NCBI GenBank assembly: GCA_003562775.1
Contig: PWTU01000339.1
Span: 15,494-79,493, forward strand
Direction of reading: 5' to 3'
Origin: Ignavibacteriales bacterium
GTDB lineage: Bacteria; Bacteroidota; Ignavibacteria; T3Sed10-11
DNA length: 64,000 nucleotides
The notes below the pieces were generated by a model. It was not told where the DNA came from, made no database searches, and saw only the letters and a program-made list of their open reading frames with translations. Numbering within the stretch: position 1 is the first letter of the stretch; every line of letters begins with the position of its first letter. The position numbers and the translations under genes were made by a program. Positions 56,231 through 64,000 of the stretch are shown piece by piece.

Positions 56231-57358
56231 TTAAAGATCCTGCATTTCTGTAAACCCCATAACTGTAACACCATGTCGTACATACACTTCATTACCGCCG
56301 TAAACAAGATACGGATCGACACCCGACATAAATTTCCGTAAGTAATGAAAGCTTTTAAAAAATTCATCATGCACGGTCTTTCCCGATTTTATTTCCACGG
56401 CAATTAACCGGGCGCCGCGTTCAATTAACAGATCGACCTCGTTTCTGTTTGAATCTTTCCAGAAATAGAGCTGCTGTTCTTCACCATAATTTAACGCCCG
56501 TTTTATTATCTCACAGATAACAAGATTTTTAAACAGAGCGCCTCTTGCAAAGTGAGATTGGAGATCACGGGTGCTCCGGATTCCCAATAGACTACAGGCG
56601 AGACCGGTATCGTAAAAATAAATTTTCGGCGATTTAACAATCCGTTTACCAAAATTTTTATAATACGTTTTCAGTCTGAAAACTATAAACGAAGATTCGA
56701 GAACCGATAACCAGGCATCAACCGTTTTACCGGTAATACCGATGTCTTCTGCAATACTTTGATAGTTAAGCTCAAGTCCGATCCGGCCCGCTACTATCCG
56801 GATAAATTTCCGGAACAATGTTAGGTCACTTACTTTTATTATTTTCCGAACATCACGCTCGACATAATTTTGTAAATAATATGGATAATAATCAGAAGGC
56901 GACAGATCCTGTTCATATACCCGCGGATATCCACCGTATAGAATAAACCGTTCCCAACCATCCGGCTTAAACTCGGATCCTTTCAATTCTGCAAACGAAA
57001 ATGGAAGCAACTTAAGTGTAGCTATACGTCTCGCAAGCAAATGAGCAATACGTTGCGTCGATAAAAAATTTTGAGAACCGATTAGTATATACTCACCCAT
57101 CCGCCTTCGTTCATCGGTGTACCCCGGTAAATACGAAAAAATTTCGGATACATTTTGAACCTCATCAAGGATTACTTCGTCTTTATATGTTTCGAGGAAA
57201 CCATGCGGATCGGCAGCGGCAAATTCCTGATATTCGGGGATTTCGAGGTTGAGGTAGGTATACTCAGGGAACAACCGTCGTACAAGAGTAGTTTTTCCGG
57301 ACTGACGAGGGCCGATCAACGCTACAATTGGAAATTTGCTTAAATATGATTTGATCAT
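56231..57358 (-). CDS. AAA-family ATPase with DUF4143-type C-terminal domain
   Basis: Walker A LIGPRQSGKTT and the typical ~375-aa AAA_14/DUF4143 layout. Confidence 0.7.
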   Translation of the reverse strand: MIKSYLSKFPIVALIGPRQSGKTTLVRRLFPEYTYLNLEIPEYQEFAAADPHGFLETYKDEVILDEVQNVSEIFSYLPGYTDERRRMGEYILIGSQNFLSTQRIAHLLARRIATLKLLPFSFAELKGSEFKPDGWERFILYGGYPRVYEQDLSPSDYYPYYLQNYVERDVRKIIKVSDLTLFRKFIRIVAGRIGLELNYQSIAEDIGITGKTVDAWLSVLESSFIVFRLKTYYKNFGKRIVKSPKIYFYDTGLACSLLGIRSTRDLQSHFARGALFKNLVICEIIKRALNYGEEQQLYFWKDSNRNEVDLLIERGARLIAVEIKSGKTVHDEFFKSFHYLRKFMSGVDPYLVYGGNEVYVRHGVTVMGFTEMQDL

Positions 57359-57490
57359 ATATTCCGAAAAAGCGCTTAATTTAACATATTATGTAAATAT
57401 GGAATTAGATTCCTAAAATACATAAACTATATTATAAATTCAAGAGAATTTGCATGGTTACCTATTTGGAAATTCAAAATTACATAATTA

Positions 57491-59053
57491 TTAAAACCCC
57501 GAGGCAGTCTCGAACATAGTCTCATATTCCCTGCTAAAGCGTTCGACTGCTTTGAACATTGCTTCTGCAATTTGTTGTTGCCCCTGTGAGCTTGCAAGAA
57601 ACCGTTCCTCATCCGGATTTGACAGATATCCAACTTCGAAAAGTACACTCGGCATTGACGCACCCACGAGAACATAAAAACCTGCCTGTCGTATGCCTCT
57701 ATTATTGACCCTTGTATTTTGTCTCATTTTATTCTGCAAAATATCCGCAAATTGCTCACTATATCGAATATATGCGCTATGCGCCATCGTGACAAGGATA
57801 AAATTTTCATCGGTCAGGTGAGCATAGCGTTCCTCGTAATCCTCCTCGAACCGGATTACAGAGTTTTCACGCTCTGCGATGCGAATTGCTTCCTCGGTTC
57901 TTCCCGGACGAAGTAAATATATTTCAAACCCTCTCTGCGGCGCCGGTTTTCGGGGCATCGAATTTGCGTGGATACTGATAAATAACTTCCCCCCTGCCTC
58001 ATTGGCAATCTGTCCACGACGGTCCAATTCTACAAACTCATCTGTTTCACGTGTATAAACGACCCTTGTATTCGGCATATTTCTTTCTATCAACTCACCG
58101 AGTTTTTTCGATATTACAAGTGCAACATCCTTTTCTCTCGTTCCGCGCACACCGATTGTACCGGGATCCTTACCTCCATGACCGGGGTCGATAACAATAA
58201 CATCCAATTTCCAACGGTCGCGTTCACGCGCAAGGGCTTCTTCCGTCGCAGCACGCCGATGATTTTGAGCCAGTTCGGTTGGATCAACTCTTCGGTGCAA
58301 TGCTATAATAATATCATCACCTTTCGGATCCCGAAAAATATCGGTAGAGTGCACCTCCCTGTTCAACTGAATTGATAACTGAAATGCTGTCGGCGTTTGC
58401 TCGGGAACTACCCGGCGCACCGGAGTTTTAGGCGCAAAATTCTTAAAAGCATTCATATCCACCCGCGCACCGACGATAGTCAAATAGAACCAGCCATCCT
58501 CACGATAAAATCCGGAAAAATCTTTGATCGATCTGTTACTTTTCAACCTAATCAGATAACCATTCTTTCTTTCCTCCACTTCCATCCCGGTAATATCGAT
58601 ATGATGAGCCGGACGGAATTCACCGACTACCAACTCGCGCCCGGCAGTTTCAAATGACACATCGGTAGGAAGCACTATGTCGAGAAACCTGGCAAAATCA
58701 TTAAGGGGCACGAAGAGATCATTCCCTGCGCTGATAACATTCACCGGTAATTGATACACGGATTCAGCGCCTGTTACAATATCATTCACAACAACAAAGG
58801 GATTGTCACCCGTCGCTTTTAGCCGAAATTGTGCCGTTTTTAGCTCAATTTTCCCGGTTTCCGCGGCAAAGTACAGACCAAGATCGAGTGCATTCGCTAC
58901 ATCACGCATCGAGCCGTACACGATTGAATGTTCGGTAAAGGTTGCAATGAGTGGTTTTTCATCCCGTCCATCGATGATCACCCGCGACGTTTGCGCCTGT
59001 GTGTTGAATACAAAAATAAAAGAAACTATTTGAAAAATTATTGTAAACCTCAT
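57491..59053 (-). CDS. N-acetylmuramoyl-L-alanine amidase (Amidase_3, AmiC-like) with N-terminal targeting domains
   Basis: VIVIDPGHGGKDPG...FISIHANS...SVLFEVGYLSNPDE. An upstream AMIN-like segment is present. Confidence 0.9.
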   Translation of the reverse strand: MRFTIIFQIVSFIFVFNTQAQTSRVIIDGRDEKPLIATFTEHSIVYGSMRDVANALDLGLYFAAETGKIELKTAQFRLKATGDNPFVVVNDIVTGAESVYQLPVNVISAGNDLFVPLNDFARFLDIVLPTDVSFETAGRELVVGEFRPAHHIDITGMEVEERKNGYLIRLKSNRSIKDFSGFYREDGWFYLTIVGARVDMNAFKNFAPKTPVRRVVPEQTPTAFQLSIQLNREVHSTDIFRDPKGDDIIIALHRRVDPTELAQNHRRAATEEALARERDRWKLDVIVIDPGHGGKDPGTIGVRGTREKDVALVISKKLGELIERNMPNTRVVYTRETDEFVELDRRGQIANEAGGKLFISIHANSMPRKPAPQRGFEIYLLRPGRTEEAIRIAERENSVIRFEEDYEERYAHLTDENFILVTMAHSAYIRYSEQFADILQNKMRQNTRVNNRGIRQAGFYVLVGASMPSVLFEVGYLSNPDEERFLASSQGQQQIAEAMFKAVERFSREYETMFETASGF

Positions 59054-60216
59054 TACTTTCCTCCGGTCATACGCCCATTTATTTGTTTCGTAATTTGTAT
59101 TCCCCTCTTTTTCAAATCGTCAATCAGTTGTTCTCCGTTAATGATTTGCTCAGGAACAAATACGCCCCGGTCTGCAACGGTTTCATTCGCAATCATTAAA
59201 GCAATTGCCGCGGTGGGATACGCTGTTGTTCGCATCATAGCAGTTATCTTTGACTCCTCATCGTAGCAATCAATCATTTCATACCGCATCTCACGGTGCT
59301 CACCATTTTTAATGCCCGATATTCCTACTCGAAACAACACCACATCCCGGTCGGTAGCAGACAGCTTCTTTCGAAGTAATTCGGCAAAAAGCTCGCGTGT
59401 TGTATGAATACCCCCGCCGATCATAACCGGTTCCGATCCGGCAAAACCGATTTCGAGCAGTGTCTTGAATTTCTCGCAATGGCCTTTGTAACGGATAGTT
59501 TTGTATGAAAGATTATTTACCTCGCCCTCAAGAATCTGAGGCAGAAGAGAAAGTCCACCGGAGGTATAAAATGCCTCCAAATCGGGGTATTTTTCACCAA
59601 ATTGAACAGATTCTAAACCGGTCATCGACGGAACGAATCGAAGTTCCCCATCCTCGATTATTTCTGCGGCACAGATATATTCGTTGAGTAATCCATCCAC
59701 AGAGAAAAAAAGCTGATAATTCAGCGGTGGACGCGGATTCTGCGGCAATCCGCCGACGCGCGCCTGAATCGAATCGACTTTTTCAAATTGCCTGAATCCG
59801 GTCATTGCAAGAATATTCGATAATCCCGGTGCTAACCCGCAATTTGGAATAATCGTTACCCCCGCAGTTTTTGCTCGTGCATGCATCTCGAGTTGTTTTC
59901 GCACAATTTCATTATTCCCTCCGAGATCAAGAAAATGTGCTTTCGAATCAATGGCAATAGAGGAGAGTTTCGTGCTGAACCGGTACGGCGCCGCACTAAT
60001 GACAATATCATATCGATTAAAAAGCTGAGCCGTCGCAACTTCATCCTCACAATCGATTACATGCATATCAACCTCTCCGCTTAGTGTTTCTGCAACCTTT
60101 ACAATTCGCTCTTTATCTTTATCCGCTAATCCGAGTTTATGCTCAACACCAAATCGTATAATGTCATATGCAACGGCGCTTCCCATCCAACCGCTTCCAA
60201 GTACAAGAATTCTCAT
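59053..60216 (-). CDS. Saccharopine dehydrogenase-family NAD(P)-binding oxidoreductase
   Basis: Rossmann start MRILVLGSGWMGSAVA and ...NCGLAPGLSN, typical of the family. Confidence 0.75.
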   Translation of the reverse strand: MRILVLGSGWMGSAVAYDIIRFGVEHKLGLADKDKERIVKVAETLSGEVDMHVIDCEDEVATAQLFNRYDIVISAAPYRFSTKLSSIAIDSKAHFLDLGGNNEIVRKQLEMHARAKTAGVTIIPNCGLAPGLSNILAMTGFRQFEKVDSIQARVGGLPQNPRPPLNYQLFFSVDGLLNEYICAAEIIEDGELRFVPSMTGLESVQFGEKYPDLEAFYTSGGLSLLPQILEGEVNNLSYKTIRYKGHCEKFKTLLEIGFAGSEPVMIGGGIHTTRELFAELLRKKLSATDRDVVLFRVGISGIKNGEHREMRYEMIDCYDEESKITAMMRTTAYPTAAIALMIANETVADRGVFVPEQIINGEQLIDDLKKRGIQITKQINGRMTGGK

Positions 60217-60306
60217 CGATTTTCAAGCTAAAGTTTTAGTTTAAGCAAATGCCGAAACTTCTAAAATAATAAGGAAATTAATGAGTAAAAGCAACGGGTA
60301 AATTTA

Positions 60307-60927
60307 TCACTTTAAAATTATCCCTGTTTCTATACTCCAGAAAAGTAAATCGAGTTCATCGAGCGGAATGCGAATATTCTCGGAAAATGTTTTAAACTTT
60401 TTCTCGATTTGATAGTACCTTTTTTTTGACAAGTTTGAAGGGAGGTTATTGATTGCACCATATTTATATAAATTCCGTAATATATGCCGGTCAAGAATTG
60501 CAAGCCCATCATTTTTGCCGATGTTTCTCAAAAAATGGGTTGCTTCTTTAAGTCCATAACCATCGACGATCGAAATCAAAGTTTCGCGTTTTCTAAATGC
60601 ATCGAAGGAGTTATCCGACAAGACTTCATTTGCGAGATGAAATATTTTCTTTAAAGCTCTCAAGCGTTTTGCCTTCGTGTGATGAAAACGAATGTAATAA
60701 TCATTTGAGTGGAGAAACGGAAGAGGATCAATATTGTCTTCACGATATTTGTGTTTTTTTAATTGAGCGACTGCTTTTTCCGCATATATTGCACTGGTTT
60801 GCGGAGTAAGAAGACAATAGATCATTTCATAGAAATAATCTTCGGGAGGAACGTTGCGGAATTCTCTCAAACGCCGCCGGATTTCATCCTTCCGTTTGGA
60901 ATATAATTTGTTTAGTTCAACAACCAT
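60307..60927 (-). CDS. ogg: Ogg2-type 8-oxoguanine DNA glycosylase / N-glycosylase-DNA lyase (HhH-GPD)
   Basis: 206 aa. HhH-GPD segment GYGLKEATHFLRNIG followed by LAILDRHIL (catalytic Lys and Asp spacing). Confidence 0.65.
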   Translation of the reverse strand: MVVELNKLYSKRKDEIRRRLREFRNVPPEDYFYEMIYCLLTPQTSAIYAEKAVAQLKKHKYREDNIDPLPFLHSNDYYIRFHHTKAKRLRALKKIFHLANEVLSDNSFDAFRKRETLISIVDGYGLKEATHFLRNIGKNDGLAILDRHILRNLYKYGAINNLPSNLSKKRYYQIEKKFKTFSENIRIPLDELDLLFWSIETGIILK

Positions 60928-60931
60928 GCCG

Positions 60932-61348
60932 CTACGATCCGGTAAACTCTTCTTTCAAACGATCCAGGACCGGTTTGTTTCCGGCAAGAAAAGGAAGTGC
61001 ATCGAATTCACCGGGTGACGACCAGCGAATCGATTCGAACGCGTTATTCTTCACCTCACCTTGAAAATCTGTTATTAAAAAATAGTGTACTGCAAAAACA
61101 CCGTTGTCGGAATAGGACTGAATGTGTTTAGCGTAGGGTTCAATGGCGGTAACGGCAATACTTATCTCTTCTTGCAATTCTCGTATTAAACAGTCCCGGG
61201 GAGATTCACCCGGCTTTACCTTCCCTCCGGGAAATTCCCATTGCAATCCATAGCGCATATTCTTTTTACGCTGGCAGCAGAGAACTTTCCCGTCGATGAT
61301 TAATATGCCGACGGCGACCTTGACCGGTTCGGGAACGGGTTGACTCAT
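60932..61348 (-). CDS. mutT: MutT-like NUDIX (8-oxo-dGTP) pyrophosphohydrolase
   Basis: WEFPGGKVKPGESPRDCLIRELQEEISI Nudix box. 138 aa. Confidence 0.8.
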   Translation of the reverse strand: MSQPVPEPVKVAVGILIIDGKVLCCQRKKNMRYGLQWEFPGGKVKPGESPRDCLIRELQEEISIAVTAIEPYAKHIQSYSDNGVFAVHYFLITDFQGEVKNNAFESIRWSSPGEFDALPFLAGNKPVLDRLKEEFTGS

Positions 61349-62421
61349 TTCTCTATAGATATACCGCCAAAATGTTTAAGGACAGCTAAAGCGTGGTAGG
61401 TAATCCACTTGCTCGGTTTACCATACTCTTCTACGGGAGCGATCACCCTATCGTTCAGACTATTCTCCATCACCCAATACTGTTTTCCGCTTTTATCGAT
61501 CTTTACTTTTTTCTTTATGGCATCGAGCGATTTATTAAACTCTTTATGCTTTCGGGCCCCCACCGCTGTGAGTGATCTCATAACATCGAGTATATCGGAA
61601 TTATAACTATTTGGATATCCGAATTTAAACCACTCGGTTTTCTCAAGACGTCTGCCAAGACCGGGAGATTTCTGATAATCTTTTTTCATAGCAAGAATCT
61701 CTTCACGAAGCGACCGACGTCTGCTCACCGGGACACTATCGCTATATTCTTCAATCTCCTTTTTATATATTTCATTATTACTCGGCACGTAGATATATAC
61801 TTTGGTATCGCGCATTTCCTTAATCATAATATTTTTTGCGCGCTTCATCGCCGGGGTAATGTTCTCTTGAGGAACAAAACTAAGAGCGAGTAATACTTTC
61901 GACAACGTCATATGACAGGTGGGGAGCAACGAGTAATCCATAACAAAGCAATCCGCGCCATTATTATGAATTATCCGCTCGCATTGATATTCAATCCCCT
62001 GCAGCACACGCTCATCACTCGCATATCCGAATTGCATCATCGCGCGATATAGATTTGCAGAAAGACAATGGACACTATAGAAACCTTCATCGTCGGCGCG
62101 ATCAAGAATAAACTCAATGCCGCGCTTGATCTCCGGATGATCCGAATTTGCGTATAAATCAGCAAGAAAAGATAATTGCCAGAATCCCCCCTCAAACTTT
62201 TTAAACAAGAACTCACCGGGCCTCCAGAAAAATGGGGCTTTTGTGAGGATCTTTTTGATCGGACCATATTCATTGATTCTTTCTTTCGCTTCACGCACTT
62301 TCACAGAACGGTGAGTCTTCCCCAGCAGATTGGTCAGAGTGAGGTATACAACCGGATGCACAGCATAGGTACCGGTGGATTCAAGCAGCCAATCAATTGT
62401 AGCTTTCGATACTTTGAACAT
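61345..62421 (-). CDS. Hypothetical protein (possibly alpha/alpha-toroid, prenyltransferase/terpene-cyclase-like fold)
   Basis: 358-aa ORF with a 4-nt overlap onto mutT. Helical-repeat-like segments are present, but I cannot confirm any family signature. Confidence 0.5.
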   Translation of the reverse strand: MFKVSKATIDWLLESTGTYAVHPVVYLTLTNLLGKTHRSVKVREAKERINEYGPIKKILTKAPFFWRPGEFLFKKFEGGFWQLSFLADLYANSDHPEIKRGIEFILDRADDEGFYSVHCLSANLYRAMMQFGYASDERVLQGIEYQCERIIHNNGADCFVMDYSLLPTCHMTLSKVLLALSFVPQENITPAMKRAKNIMIKEMRDTKVYIYVPSNNEIYKKEIEEYSDSVPVSRRRSLREEILAMKKDYQKSPGLGRRLEKTEWFKFGYPNSYNSDILDVMRSLTAVGARKHKEFNKSLDAIKKKVKIDKSGKQYWVMENSLNDRVIAPVEEYGKPSKWITYHALAVLKHFGGISIEK

Positions 62422-62626
62422 GTGTGTTATCCCTGGTGAATGAGTGTTGCACCCTTCTTAGATCGCAGATTAATTTTCAGTTATTCTTTATCCAGATCCG
62501 ACAATTATCTGCCAATTTAACACACTCAACAATCAACAATACGCCAAATGTTCCGCCTCTATCCTCACGATATTAACCCGTTGAAAATACTCGACTTAAG
62601 CTAATTTCCCGTGGTAAAAGCACGGA

Positions 62627-62646
62627 TTTTCCACCGGTTATCCACA
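62627..62646 (+). promoter_or_regulatory. Tandem DnaA-box pair (TTTTCCACC gg TTATCCACA)
   Basis: A perfect 9-mer TTATCCACA lies at 62638..62646. A 2-mismatch box lies at 62627..62635 in the same orientation. Confidence 0.5.
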
Positions 62647-62779
62647 ACCTAATAAAGGTATTTTTTGTAAAATTTTAAAAACCACAGTATTAATTTTGTG
62701 ATAATATTAAAAATTTTTTCAATATGCAAATTTATATTATAATTATTCGGTCTATCATAGGTAATTAAACCACAATTTC

Positions 62780-62808
62780 TTGACAAAATCAAACGCTTTA
62801 GTTATACT
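62780..62808 (+). promoter_or_regulatory. Candidate sigma70 promoter of the larA-like gene
   Basis: TTGACA (62780..62785) - 17 nt - TATACT (62803..62808), 25 nt upstream of the ATG. GGGAG ribosome-binding site at 62828..62832. Confidence 0.55.
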
Positions 62809-62833
62809 AATCAGACAATATTTTTTTGGGAGT

Positions 62834-64000
62834 ATGGATATTCAACTCAAATACGGCAATGATATAATATCGTGCCAAACACCCGGAAATGTACAGGCAA
62901 AAATTCTTGTATCTCCGACCGGCACGCTCGCAGTATCTTTGCGGTCATCTTTGTTAAACTCATTGGAAAATCCTATAGAATCCGCTCCACTCTCAAGTTT
63001 ATTGAACAATAAAACACGGCTTACTATAGTAGTACCCGATAAAACCAGGCAATGTATCCTCGATCGAATACTACCGACTCTTTATCAATATATAAGTGAT
63101 TGTGGAATCTCTAACAATGCAATTACAATTTTGTTTGCAAACGGAACTCATCAACTGCAAACCGAACAAGATATGATAAATATTCTCGGCGAAGATATGT
63201 GGCATTCCATGCACGTCGAACAACATAATGCCCGGGATTCCGGTTCCCTCGACTATCTAACAACTACTTCGCGGGGTACACACGTATACGTAAACAAATT
63301 GGTCACCACTGCTGATCTCGTCATAACTGTCGGCGGGATCTTGCATCATTATTTTGCGGGATTCGGAGGCGGATCAAAATTGTTGATTCCGGGTGTTGCA
63401 GGATACGATACGGCAAAACAAAATCATAGTTACACAATCGACGAATCAGGCGGTTTTCATGCCGGCTGCCGCGACGGTAATCTCGATACCAACCCGGTGT
63501 ACTTAGACATCATAGAGGCAGTTCGATGCATACCGAATGTTTTTTCCATCAATGTCATTCTTGATTCTCTCAATAGACCTGCCGGAATTTATAGCGGCGA
63601 TATTGTCGCAGCTCATAGAGAAGGCAGTAAACTGGCATCATCACTGTATGAGGTACCTATTCGTGAACAAGCCGACGTAGTGATTGTAAGTCCCGGAGGC
63701 AAGCCGCGCGACAGCACGTTCATACAATCCCACAAAGCGATACATCGTGCCTTTTACGCCGTCAAACCCGGCGGCTCGATCATTGCCGCTGCGGCATGTT
63801 ACGATGGAATCGGCTCATCGACCTTTTTGGATTGGTTTTCAATGCCGTATGAGTCAATCGGCAGTAATTTATTATCATCTTACTCTCTGAACGGACATAC
63901 AGCTCTATCGCTTCGAACCAAAGCACAACACAGCGGTATCCGGTTATTTTCCCGGCTTGATAATGCGACGGTCACCCAAATGGAACTGACACCCGTTTCA
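62834..64000 (+). CDS. LarA-family (DUF2088, nickel-pincer dependent racemase/epimerase-like) protein; the 3' end is outside the window
   Basis: My own translation reads MDIQLKYGNDII...VVPDKTRQ...ANGTHQ...GGILHHYFAGFGGGSKLLIPG...SPGG-KPRD...QSHKA. This matches the LarA N-terminal and catalytic motifs. The frame stays open to the window edge, so it is absent from the ORF track. Confidence 0.75.
   Translation, partial: MDIQLKYGNDIISCQTPGNVQAKILVSPTGTLAVSLRSSLLNSLENPIESAPLSSLLNNKTRLTIVVPDKTRQCILDRILPTLYQYISDCGISNNAITILFANGTHQLQTEQDMINILGEDMWHSMHVEQHNARDSGSLDYLTTTSRGTHVYVNKLVTTADLVITVGGILHHYFAGFGGGSKLLIPGVAGYDTAKQNHSYTIDESGGFHAGCRDGNLDTNPVYLDIIEAVRCIPNVFSINVILDSLNRPAGIYSGDIVAAHREGSKLASSLYEVPIREQADVVIVSPGGKPRDSTFIQSHKAIHRAFYAVKPGGSIIAAAACYDGIGSSTFLDWFSMPYESIGSNLLSSYSLNGHTALSLRTKAQHSGIRLFSRLDNATVTQMELTPVS

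Noticed and set aside
1-64000. CRISPR arrays, tRNA/rRNA genes, transposases, integrases of mobile elements, reverse transcriptases
   Set aside because: Reading the intergenic regions, I saw no regularly spaced direct repeats and no cloverleaf-like or rRNA-like sequence. No ORF carries DDE transposase or RT motifs. The only recombinase has a Xer-type sequence and a housekeeping context.

Overview
Dense bacterial chromosomal window with a Gram-negative type envelope (Omp85/BamA-like protein, lipoproteins with lipoboxes, TonB-C domains). All calls come from motif and family recognition in the supplied translations and from reading the DNA; no database search was run. I found no rRNA, tRNA, CRISPR array, transposase or prophage.

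About 70 CDS are mostly housekeeping:
- Translation and RNA: metG, lysS, trpS, hpf, ybeY, rluB, a TrmH-family methyltransferase.
- DNA and chromosome: holB, topA, a Xer recombinase, scpA, scpB, recO, ogg, mutT.
- Other: hprK, aroC, htrA, an S41 protease, mtnA, suhB, a UbiB-type kinase, deoA, an AmiC-type amidase, a glycogen-debranching-type glycosidase.

By my count, 41 of 42 predicted CDS in 1..40435 lie on the minus strand.

Non-routine content:
1. A 412-bp ORF-free, very AT-rich divergent intergenic region (62422..62833) carries a perfect DnaA box plus same-orientation near-matches. It sits at a gene-strand switch, so it is a candidate oriC.
2. A seven-gene metal-uptake operon (49081..56214) lies behind a consensus sigma70 promoter and an 18-bp palindrome. 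It contains three DtxR-like sensor modules: one free, one membrane-anchored and fused to two FeoA domains, and one fused to the C-terminus of an ABC-3 permease. Its FeoB is split into two ORFs.
3. An ECF sigma / anti-sigma pair is coupled to two tandem lipoprotein-type TonB-C paralogs.
4. Two small addiction-type pairs are present: DUF4160/DUF2442 wedged inside a housekeeping gene string, and MNT/HepT.
5. ScpB carries a long acidic tail that overlaps rluB.

I do not see an unambiguous new multi-gene system. The oriC candidate and the DtxR fusion locus are the best leads.
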